Shown here in pieces: positions 50,895 through 60,237 of a DNA stretch of 64,000 nucleotides. The translations under genes were made by a program, and so were the position numbers. The notes below the pieces were generated by a model that saw only the letters and a program-made list of their open reading frames with translations, did not search any database and was not told where the DNA came from. Positions within the stretch are counted from its first letter, which is position 1. Every line of letters starts with the position of its first letter. Location: the NCBI GenBank assembly GCA_000165345.1, contig CM000436.1, positions 992,001 to 1,056,000 on the forward strand. Direction: 5' to 3'.

Positions 50895-52993
50895 TTATTT
50901 TTTAAATGTTTGTGGTAGAAAGGGATCTCTAATTCCAGTATTAGGATTAGTAGGAGTAGGATTGATTCCGNTTCCAGAAGTTGTATGATGAGGATTAACT
51001 CTGACTCCTGAAATAATGGGAGTAGGGTTCATACTCATCATATCAGGAGTGGGTGTAGTAGGATGAGGATTGATTCTGATTCCTGAAACAATTGGAGGAG
51101 GATTAACTCCAGTTCTGGGAGTTTTGGAAGGACTAATTCTGATACCAGAAGCAAAAGACTGGGGATTGGTCCCAGTACCGGAAGTGGTTGTAGGATGAGG
51201 GTTGACTCCAATTTTGGGGATTGTGGAAGGACTAACTCTAACACCTGATGCATAGTTTTGAGGATTTGTTCCGAGTTCAGAAGTAGGTATAGTAGGAGGA
51301 TGAACTCCAATTCCAGGGGCTGTGGGCGGAGTGGCTCTGACACCTGAGGCTGTTGGTGGAGTGACTCTGACACCTAAGGCAAAGGACTGGGGATTGATTC
51401 CAGTGCCGGGAGTGGCCGTAGGGTGGTGACTCACTCTGACTCCAGGAATAGATGTGGGAGGGTTTATTCCAACGCTTGAAGTGACAATGGGAGGATTCGC
51501 TCCAGTTCTGGGAATGACTGTAGTTTGGGGGCTCGCTTTGACTCCAGGAGTGGGTTTGGGAAGAAGATTGATTCCAGTTTCAGAAGCGACTGTAGAAGGG
51601 TTTACTCCAATTCCAGGTGCGACTGTAGGAGAATTCACTCCAATTCTAGGGGAAATTTGAGGGTTCANTCCAACTCCAGAAACGACTTGAGGGTTCACTC
51701 CGATTCCAGTAGTAATTTGAGGGTTCACTCCGANTCCAGAAGCAATTTGAGGGTTTACTCCAGTTCCAGAAACAACTTGAGGGCTAATTCCAGCTCCAGG
51801 AGTAATTTGAGGGTTCACTCCGATTCCAGTAGTAATTTGAGGGTTAATTCCAACTCCAGGAGTAATTTGAGGGTTCACTCCAATTCCAGAAACTACTTGA
51901 GGGTTTACTCCAATTCCAGGAGCAATTTGAGGGTTAGTTCCAATTCCAGTAGTAATTTGAGGGTTCACTCCGATTCCAGAAGCAACTTGAGAGTTTACTC
52001 CAATTCTAGGGGAAATTTGAGGGTTTACTCCAGTTCCAGGTGCGACTGTAGGAGGATTCNNTCCAACTCCAGNANNNNNTTGAGGGTTTACNNNAACTCC
52101 NGAAACNACTTGAGGGNTNANTCCANCTCCAGNANNNANTTGAGNGTTNACTCCNANTCCAGTNNTAANTNNANNNNNAANNCCNACTCCTANNNNTAAT
52201 TNNNNGNTTCANTNNGAATTNCANTANTAANNNNAGNGTTCACTNNNANTCCAGNANCTTCTGCTAAAGATGAAGATGGATTATTTTTATTAGTATTTGG
52301 TTGTTTCTGAATATAATAAGGATGTGAAATAATATTTCTACTAGTTGTTGTAATATTTGAATTCATATTTGAACTTATCTGAGAAGAAGAAGATAATGAT
52401 GAATTTATTATACCTGTTGGAACATTAAGATTACTTGAAATCATGTTATTTTTAACTTGTATTTGATTACCAATCAAATTCTGTAAATAATTTTGTTGTA
52501 ATTGCTCTAATTGTGATTTATTAATTTGTGAATTAATTACCATAGAAGATACTCCTTCATTCATATTATTCATCATCATCAAATTAGAATGACAAATATT
52601 TGAATTATCAACTTGGATAAATTGTTTCTCAAGTCTTTTCGATTCTATTTCTCCTTGTTCCTGTTCCACTTCTTTTACTCCATTTGTTTGTGTTCCAGTT
52701 ATTCCAATTCCTTGATTATAAATAATTGAAAATCTCTTCACATGTTCTGTGAATAATTCTTGTATTAATTTAAAATCTCTCTCTATCAATTTTAAACTTG
52801 TAAATATTTCATCTCTTGGCTTATTTTTTAATTCCTTCAATTTCTCTTTTAATTGCATTAATGGTGTAATATTTGTATTTAAAGAAGATAAAAGTCCATT
52901 CTCATTTTTATGATAGTTAATATTATTATTATCACTCTTATTAATCGTCTTATTTAATGTATCTCTACGTACCTTTTCTTCCCTTCTAATCAT
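50895..52993 (-). CDS. Probable single gene encoding a coiled/Asn-rich N-terminal region followed by more than 25 tandem decapeptide repeats [G(V/I)NPQ(I/V)(T/V)(T/S)G(I/V)]. The repeat region (about 51590-52260) is riddled with ambiguous bases, so the frame is unverifiable.
   Basis: ORF 52190..52993 (ATG at 52993, MIRREEKVRRD...) runs into N-rich sequence. ORF 50895..51968 is opened by GTG inside the repeats and ends ...RDPFLPQTFKK*. Both are on the minus strand with no intervening stop outside the N-rich stretch. Confidence 0.45.
51590..52260 (-). repeat. 30-bp tandem coding repeat (GGAGTGAACCCTCAAATTACTACTGGAATC-type units) with many N calls.
   Basis: Direct 30-bp periodicity (ttgagggttcactccgattccagtagtaat...). 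Plus-strand ORFs 51454..51660 and 51525..52199 are shadows of it. Confidence 0.8.
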
Positions 52994-53312
52994 TTTTTTT
53001 TTATTTTTTTTCTCCTAGTTCTCTCTATCACTTATTTATTAATTCAAAATCTAATTTAATCCAATCCAATCCAATTCAATCCGAAATGAACTCATTTATT
53101 ATTAATAATCTCAACAATTTTAAGAACTTAAATGTGTGTGTGCGTATAGTATTTATATCTATATCTTCTTTATACTAATAAACACCAATTTATTCATGTT
53201 ATTTCACTTGTTTCTTTCTCTTTTCTCCTTGTTATATATATATTCGTAATTTTCTTTCTTTTCTTTTATTCTTTTTCTAATTAATCTAAAATTACTTAAT
53301 AAAGCGTGATCT

Positions 53313-53337
53313 TGGCGCGCGCGCCAAAGCAGGTACC
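53313..53337. promoter_or_regulatory. Palindromic E2F-like element TTGGCGCGCGCGCCAAA followed by GGTACC, about 320 bp upstream of the repeat-protein gene.
   Basis: It is the only GC island between 52994 and 53400. Confidence 0.6.
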
Positions 53338-53410
53338 TATTAATTTATTTAGACAAGATAATAAATATAAATATTTAATAATAAATTTATACACGTATGT
53401 ATTATTATTA

Positions 53411-53530
53411 GTAATAGTAATAGCAATAGCAATAGCAATAGTAATAGCAATAGTAATACTAATATTAATACTAATACTACTACTAATAATAATAATAGTA
53501 ATAATAATAGTAATAATAATAAGTAATATT
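53411..53530. repeat. Non-coding hexanucleotide microsatellite (AATAGY)n degenerating into (AATAAT)n.
   Basis: gtaatagtaatagcaatagcaatagcaatagtaatagcaatagtaatactaat.... The ORF 53306..53548 is its translation artefact. Confidence 0.85.
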
Positions 53531-54240
53531 AATATAATCGTGATATAATTAATGATATCGTTATAATGATTTAAAAATTTTCAAGAATTAAATTTAAAAA
53601 ATGAAAAAAATAAAAATCTATATAAATTAAAATACGCTATATATAAGCAAACAATTGAAAGCATGCTTTGAGTCGAGATTTCTTTAAAATGACAAATAAA
53701 TCATTGTATTAATGATTTTTTTGTTCATAACAAGTTATTTCGTATTAAGTACTGCAATAAAAAATTATTAATAGTTGATTGGAAAAGATTATCTACTTTA
53801 TCAACATATTGTAGGTAGTCTTACCAGTTATTCTATGATTAATAAACGTGATCGTTGGTAACTTTTGATTTAATTGAGAATTTCTCATTTCCCTTATTGA
53901 CTAAAAAGTTACTTCTATTGCACGCTTACATTATACAAAATAAATTAAATGACTTATTATTATTATTATTATTATTACATTCAATTTATGATTCCAGAGA
54001 AAATCAGCATTCTATTTGTCACGTCTTTTGTTCAAATATTGTTTAGGTTTTAGTTATGCTATTACTTATTCAATATTATTTAATTCTTTCAAATACTTAT
54101 TGGCGTATACCCAAGAATGCTATACTAATTATTATACTTCAAGATTATATACTTCTTCCTTTAATTAGGAAGTAGAAAGAATTGCTTTCTAGTAATCTCT
54201 TTCTTGTTATCTTGAAACACATTTTCTTTTTTTCTCTTCT

Positions 54241-56976
54241 TCATTCTCTTGGATGAATCCAACTTGTATCTTCTCTTAATCTTTTAGTCTTAATTGGTCC
54301 TTCTTCTAATAATATCCCATCTGAAGTCGTTCCAGATATAGAATTCATATGTGGTGACTCTAATACATTAGTATCTTTTTCATTAGAATTCACTTGTTTT
54401 ATTGTATCTAAAGGTCTATTTGATATTTGTTCTTGTTGAGAATTACTTGTATCAACAATATTCTCTATATTTGTATTATGAAATTCTTCCAAACATGTAT
54501 AAGCCATAAAAGCTGGATAAGATTGTGTTGCTGTTAATTGTAAAGCCCAATTTGAATCTTCTTCAAATTTATTTGCATAATAACCTATAAAGTCTAATGT
54601 TAATTGTTCCTCCATATCAGCAGCTTCTGAAACCATATTCTCATTTGTTAACAAAAATGTTGTTGTTAATGTATTTACTGGATTTCCTCCTAATCCACCA
54701 TGATTACCACCTTCCCCTCCCATACTTGGAGCTGGTCTTATTACAAATATTAATTCTCCTCCATGACTTGAAAATATATTTGAAAGCTTATAAGCTGTCA
54801 ATCCACCTTCTACATATATTATTTCAATTCTCCATCCCAAAATATTGGATATTGCATCCATTAAATTACTCCTTTCTTTTATATAATATTCACTCAGAGT
54901 TTGATTTCTTCTCTGTTCTTCGTAATACTTATCCCTCAAAACTGAATAACTTTCATTTCCATCAATAAACTCTCCAGTATCTTCTTTTCCATTTGTTTCT
55001 ATTGTAACAAAATTATTATGACTCAAATTTGTTTCTCCTGATGGTTTTGATGATAATTCATATATCTTAAGCTTCTCATTTAAAGAAACTAATTGAGATT
55101 TTAACTCCTTATTATATTCCTGAAGACTATTTGATGATTCTAATAATGAATCTCTTTCTTGAGTTAACGTATCGTATGCTACTCTTATACTCCAATATGT
55201 TTTAATTTCCTCGTTCCTCAATTTTAACTCACTCTCTAAATGAGTGATTATTTTCATCTTCTCATCTAAATCCTTCTTTTGAGCTTCTATCTTCATCATA
55301 CTTACATTCTCACGTTCTTCTAAATCCTGTTGTATATCAATACTTTGTTTCATTTCACTTCTCTCCTTACTTCCCTCAACCTCTTTTTGTGAATTATCAT
55401 TTAGTGAATGATAATTTATATTACTCCCTTCTTTATTTACATCAATTCCAAATACTTCTTTTCTGGACTCTCCAACCTTTCCATTAAGTGAAACTTCTCC
55501 TCGTATTAATGCTGACTTACTTTCCTTACTTAAACATTCTTTCAATACCTTAATCTCACACTCCAAGCGTTTACTACTCTCAGTCATTTTCTGAATCTCC
55601 TCAGATTTTGAACTTAATTCATCCTCATAATACTTAATCTCCCTTTGACAAACTTGTAACTTACTCTCCAACATATCAACCTTGTTTTCTAATTCTGTTT
55701 TGGATGTCTCAATAACAGTTTTTGAAACTAAAACATCCTGGTATCGTCTTTGAAATTCAAATATTGCACTCAAAACACTTGTTGGTGATATAACATTCCT
55801 CTTCTTTTCATCGGATACTCGCGTTGTTGTAGTTTTATTATCAGAGTCCAAATGATTATCAGTACAAGAATCACTATCATAAATTGAATTACGATGAACA
55901 GAATCAGTTTGTGATTCCATTCCCAATTCATCTGACTCATCCTTTATCTGACCACCAGTACTCTCCCTATTAAGAACTTTCAGATTATGAGTATATCTAT
56001 ATGCCATAGTCTCCCATTGTTTAATCTGTTGACTTAAAGTCGAATTCTCTTGCTCTAATTCTACCATCCTCTTTAACCAACCCTCAGCTTGTTCTAATCT
56101 TTGTGACTGTTGTTTTACCAATCTTTCCTGATTACTCCACTTTTCTTGAAGCTCCTGATAACTCTTTTCTGAATTTTCTAATACCAATAATCTATTCTTA
56201 TACTGTTCTATTAAAGATCTATAATTCTTACTTACTAATTGCTCATTCTCTGCCATCTTGAGCAATTTTTCCAACTCTGTTATTCGGTACTTATTATGCA
56301 TACATTCTTCATTTAAACTTTGAATCTTTAACTCCTTTTCCCCAATTTCTCTTGAAAAATCTTCCTTTAACTCCTTCTCCTTCACTTCCAGCATCTCCTC
56401 CAATTGTATACATCTATTTTCCAACTTAGTCTTCTCGATCTTATTACTATCTAATAATGACTTATATTCTTCTTCTTTTTTCATAAATCCTTTCTCAATC
56501 TCAATTTTCTCATGTACCTTTTGATTTACCTCTTTAACCTTCTCTTCCATACTTCTAATTAATTCCTCATTCTTTTTCAATACTTCTCTACTACCTTCCT
56601 CTAAACTTCTTCCTCTCAACTCTAATCGAGTCTTTTCTTCTTGTAATTCTTCATTTCTCTTCTCTAATTGATAAATTCTTCTTTCATTTTCTGATTTATA
56701 TTCCTCATATTCTTGAATGATTTCCTGTAACTTATTTTTAACTGACAAGTACTCTGACATCTCCAAATATCTCGAATTCAATTCCTCTAATTCCTTCTTG
56801 TACTCTTCATTAATTTTCTTCACCTCTACTAATTGTCTACTTAAACCCTCAACTGTATTATTCATTTCATATTCAATACTTTCATCCACACTTTCATCTT
56901 TAAGTATCCCATCTAGCCATTGGCATATTTCTAGAGCATATCGCTTTGCTCTTCTATTATGGCCTATTTCTGCCAT
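54241..56976 (-). CDS. MAD1: MAD1-like spindle-assembly-checkpoint coiled-coil protein, with a roughly 75-aa extension beyond the conserved C-terminal domain.
   Basis: Coiled coil of about 700 aa. The C-terminal domain ILGWRIEII..YKLSNIFSSHGGELIFVIR...SYPAFMAYTCLEEFH aligns with human MAD1 CYTLTGYQIDI..YRLTSLYAEHPGDCLIFKA...SIPAFLSSLTLELFS. The ORF-track start at 56982 is TTG; the first ATG is 56976. Confidence 0.65.
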   Translation of the reverse strand: MAEIGHNRRAKRYALEICQWLDGILKDESVDESIEYEMNNTVEGLSRQLVEVKKINEEYKKELEELNSRYLEMSEYLSVKNKLQEIIQEYEEYKSENERRIYQLEKRNEELQEEKTRLELRGRSLEEGSREVLKKNEELIRSMEEKVKEVNQKVHEKIEIEKGFMKKEEEYKSLLDSNKIEKTKLENRCIQLEEMLEVKEKELKEDFSREIGEKELKIQSLNEECMHNKYRITELEKLLKMAENEQLVSKNYRSLIEQYKNRLLVLENSEKSYQELQEKWSNQERLVKQQSQRLEQAEGWLKRMVELEQENSTLSQQIKQWETMAYRYTHNLKVLNRESTGGQIKDESDELGMESQTDSVHRNSIYDSDSCTDNHLDSDNKTTTTRVSDEKKRNVISPTSVLSAIFEFQRRYQDVLVSKTVIETSKTELENKVDMLESKLQVCQREIKYYEDELSSKSEEIQKMTESSKRLECEIKVLKECLSKESKSALIRGEVSLNGKVGESRKEVFGIDVNKEGSNINYHSLNDNSQKEVEGSKERSEMKQSIDIQQDLEERENVSMMKIEAQKKDLDEKMKIITHLESELKLRNEEIKTYWSIRVAYDTLTQERDSLLESSNSLQEYNKELKSQLVSLNEKLKIYELSSKPSGETNLSHNNFVTIETNGKEDTGEFIDGNESYSVLRDKYYEEQRRNQTLSEYYIKERSNLMDAISNILGWRIEIIYVEGGLTAYKLSNIFSSHGGELIFVIRPAPSMGGEGGNHGGLGGNPVNTLTTTFLLTNENMVSEAADMEEQLTLDFIGYYANKFEEDSNWALQLTATQSYPAFMAYTCLEEFHNTNIENIVDTSNSQQEQISNRPLDTIKQVNSNEKDTNVLESPHMNSISGTTSDGILLEEGPIKTKRLREDTSWIHPRE

Positions 56977-57381
56977 TTTCAATTACTATATATTTTAATA
57001 TTTATATTTATTATTTATTTCGCCTTCCTATAATAATCCTTCATTCATGTAACTTATTCAAAACCACAAAAAGTTGATTAATCCTATTATCTCTAACACT
57101 TTCCAAAAGTACTTATCCCACTCCTCTTTGTATAACCTTCCACTTTTAATTATTCAAAAGCCAGTAATAATAGTATTTTGTAAAACCAATTTTTTCACAA
57201 ATAGTTTAATTCCTTCAAATAATACAACTACAAACTCCACACTCTCTCTTCTTCTTATATTCCTATTATTTTCAACTTCCTCCTCTCTAGAATATAATTC
57301 ACTCAAGAAAAAAAAAGGATTAACTACTATAGATTTACATCATTAATATTAGCTTGAATATTATTTTTAATAAAAAAAAAG

Positions 57382-57394
57382 TTCCCGCCAAAAC
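57382..57394. promoter_or_regulatory. E2F-like element TTCCCGCCAAAAC about 400 bp upstream of the MAD1-like gene (minus strand).
   Basis: GGCGGGAA core on the gene strand. Confidence 0.45.
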
Positions 57395-57461
57395 TTGTCC
57401 ATTTAATTTATATGAGTAATAACCGGTATAGAAGAAAAAAAAACACGTAATACGCATGAAA

Positions 57462-58361
57462 TTAAAAAGTGATACCAATAATTGTGCATATATTTGAAAT
57501 TATTTTATTTTGGAATTCATTTTTAATTTTCAAAAATTTGATTATATTTTCATTTTCACTTAATAAACGTGTGTTTTTCTCAGATAAAAATTCCATCGTA
57601 TTTTTTCCCTTGAGTTTTACTTCCCAATTAGAATTATCATTATCATATTCTTGATTTTGAGTGTAATAATTACAAGAGTTTTGAGCTAATTCATAACTTT
57701 CTCGTATTTTATAGATTTCCCTTAACTCATTGATCCTTCTTTCATAGTCATGCATTATTATTTCTTGCTTATCACAGTTCCTTTTTAATGTGTAATATTC
57801 TAAATATTCCTCATAACTTAATCCGAACTTCTGCATAGTATTCCTAAATTCAGTATAATGATTAATTTCTAGATTTCTTCCTTTATTACTAATCTGATGT
57901 TCTTTTCCGAACATTAGCTGCAAAGCTAAGTAGTTGAGAGTTTTTTTAATATCATATAATTTTATATGCAAACTCCTTTCTTCATTCCAAATACTTTTCA
58001 TAGTATTAGAGATTTCCTTTTCCTTCTTTTCTACTAATTTCCCATTCGCTTCTTTCAAATTTTCTAACTCTCCAAATAATTTCTCCAAATTCTCCCTTAT
58101 AGAAACTTCCTCGAATGAGCACCCAATCTCATGATCTTCAAGTGCCAAATATATATTCTCTACTATCCTCTTTAATTGATTATATTCATTAGAAAAATTG
58201 CTTCTATATTTATCTACCTCATCCACTCTTTCTTCTTCCTCTTCAACACAATTATCTGAATCTAGTCCAAAGTCCAATGAATTTAAAGATACACTCACTG
58301 TTCTTGGACTTGTGCCTGAATATTCTATTGTATGAGAACTTTGGGCTATTAATTCCTTCAT
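57462..58361 (-). CDS. Hypothetical coiled-coil protein, 299 aa.
   Basis: ATG ORF with heptad-rich composition (LEKLFGELENLKEANGKLVEKKEKEI...). There is no recognisable domain. A GC element lies about 220 bp upstream. Confidence 0.5.
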   Translation of the reverse strand: MKELIAQSSHTIEYSGTSPRTVSVSLNSLDFGLDSDNCVEEEEERVDEVDKYRSNFSNEYNQLKRIVENIYLALEDHEIGCSFEEVSIRENLEKLFGELENLKEANGKLVEKKEKEISNTMKSIWNEERSLHIKLYDIKKTLNYLALQLMFGKEHQISNKGRNLEINHYTEFRNTMQKFGLSYEEYLEYYTLKRNCDKQEIIMHDYERRINELREIYKIRESYELAQNSCNYYTQNQEYDNDNSNWEVKLKGKNTMEFLSEKNTRLLSENENIIKFLKIKNEFQNKIISNICTIIGITF

Positions 58362-58582
58362 TTTTACTTATAATCAAAATATATGTATTTTAAATTAGTC
58401 AAGTGACTAGCTTTTGCATGCAACATATATTTATATTAAGCACTTATTTATAACTCCAACACTCAAATAGAGCTTTTGCTGTCTTTCTTTATATTTAAAC
58501 ATCCAAAAATTCTTCTATCCCTCATTTTTAATATTTTTTAGATGCATCTCCGCCCATACCTAATTTAATTTATTTGTTTGAC

Positions 58583-58608
58583 ACGTGTGGCGCCAAAATA
58601 CCCGGTAC
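58583..58608. promoter_or_regulatory. CACGTG plus E2F-like TGGCGCCAAAA plus GGTAC in the divergent promoter between the 58361 (-) and 59302 (+) genes.
   Basis: GACACGTGTGGCGCCAAAATACCCGGTAC. A second box, AGTACCGTCTC...AAAGGTACC, lies at about 58980-59030. Confidence 0.55.
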
Positions 58609-59301
58609 TTTGCTATTTTAATAATTGTTAAAATCTACTTGAAGAGAAAAAATGAAAAATAGTTAGTTACAATTATTTCACAAAGTTAGCAAAGTTTTTT
58701 GTATATCAAATATAAATAGCTTTTATAATCCTATAATAATCAAAACCTTAATTGATATCAATAAAACACGGGGAATTCAATAGTATTGATTCCTCTACCT
58801 CCTCCAAACAAATAAACTCATAATACTATTTGAAAACTCCTTTTTATCCCCTAAACAGTAATTAATGTTATCAATCTATCTAACCCCTCCAAAATACACA
58901 TTTTCTACGACTTAAAACGGATCAATATTCTTTTCATGTATCATTTGACTCCAAAAAAATAATTAATAATTGTAATCCACAAGTACCGTCTCTTAATAGA
59001 CATATCAACTACGCGTCAAAAAGGTACCAAAATAAAAATATAAGAAAATTAACCACTTCTTTGATATGAAATTTAACTTCCAAAGATTAAGAAATAAGTA
59101 TATAAGTAAGTACTGAACACTATCAGATTTCAGTAATACTTTCTAATTTAGACTTGCTTATCTCTTTAGTAAGTCTTGGAAGCAAATTCTTGCATTATTT
59201 AAGTTTTAAAGGTGGAGCATAAACCCATAATAAACACTCTAACGCCCGTACAAGGGCATGAGCTCTCGCATTTGCAGCACTGCTCTGTCTCGGGAGGTAG
59301 T

Positions 59302-59994
59302 ATGTCAGTACTACCTCCTCAATTGGGATCAGCTCTACAATTAGGAGCAGTTATGCAAGCAAATGCAAATAATGCAAGTCCTGGATTAGTGACTCATAGG
59401 ACTCCCAGCCATTCTGTGCCAGGAGGACAATCCCCAACTGTCTCTCAAACGCATAATATTAGTCAACAATCCAGTTCTAGCATATTAGTACCACAAGCTC
59501 ATTTTGAAAGTAATTCATCTTCCAATTTATTGGTGGATATATTATGTGAAGTCGCAGATTTTAGTGTTGATTTGGCTTTAAGACTATCTCAAAGAACTGG
59601 CACCCAATGGAGGCCAAAAATACTCAACCATAATAAACATTTGAAAAGACCAATAACTAGACAACCATTAGAGGATCCAAATAAACCAAAAAGACCTCAT
59701 AATGCTTATACACTTTGGTGTGAACATATACGCCAAAAAGTTCGTGAAAAAGACCCAACTAGATCATTACATATTAAAGACCTTGCAGAAATGTGGAAAA
59801 ATCTTCCTGAGCTCGAAAGATCACCATGGGAAAGAAAAGCACAAGATGTTAAACAAAAGTATCTTGTAGATATGGCAGCTTATCGTACAACTTCTGGGTC
59901 TCCTGGACACCCTCAAGCTTCTTCAGGAACACCTCCGCCTAACTCAATGCAGCAACTTTCTGGAATCCCAAATCAAAGAGAGTTTTATTCGTAA
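59302..59994 (+). CDS. HMG-box DNA-binding protein (about 230 aa from the first ATG). The ORF is open from a GTG at 59212, so a short 5' extension or a 5'UTR intron cannot be excluded.
   Basis: HMG box KPKRPHNAYTLWCEHIRQKVREKDPTRSLHIKDLAEMWKNLPELERSPWERKAQDVKQKYLVDMAAYR. The region is visibly GC-richer than its flanks. Confidence 0.7.
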   Translation: MSVLPPQLGSALQLGAVMQANANNASPGLVTHRTPSHSVPGGQSPTVSQTHNISQQSSSSILVPQAHFESNSSSNLLVDILCEVADFSVDLALRLSQRTGTQWRPKILNHNKHLKRPITRQPLEDPNKPKRPHNAYTLWCEHIRQKVREKDPTRSLHIKDLAEMWKNLPELERSPWERKAQDVKQKYLVDMAAYRTTSGSPGHPQASSGTPPPNSMQQLSGIPNQREFYS

Positions 59995-60237
59995 TTTTCC
60001 AAAGTTGATACTTATATTTCTTTTAATATATTTAGGAGATAACCATATTAATCCCATTTCGATTTCAAGACTAACATTTATTTATATTCATGCTGTTTTA
60101 CCCCATATATAGATATATATAATATATAGTTTTTTATCAAATAATTATATATTTGATAACTATCATTGTATTTAGTACACTATTTTCTTTGTAAATTTTG
60201 TATATTATTTTATTGTCTTTTATTTATAATTGTTAGT

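Noticed and set aside
53306-53548. ORF 53306..53548 encoding an Ile/Ala/Val-rich 'protein'.
   Set aside because: It is the translation of the (AATAGY)n microsatellite, i.e. a non-coding simple repeat.
59041-59211. An upstream coding exon for the HMG-box gene using the GTAAGT sites at about 59105/59169.
   Set aside because: No in-frame ATG-initiated exon could be built; both candidate frames hit stops. It is left as a possible 5'UTR intron only.
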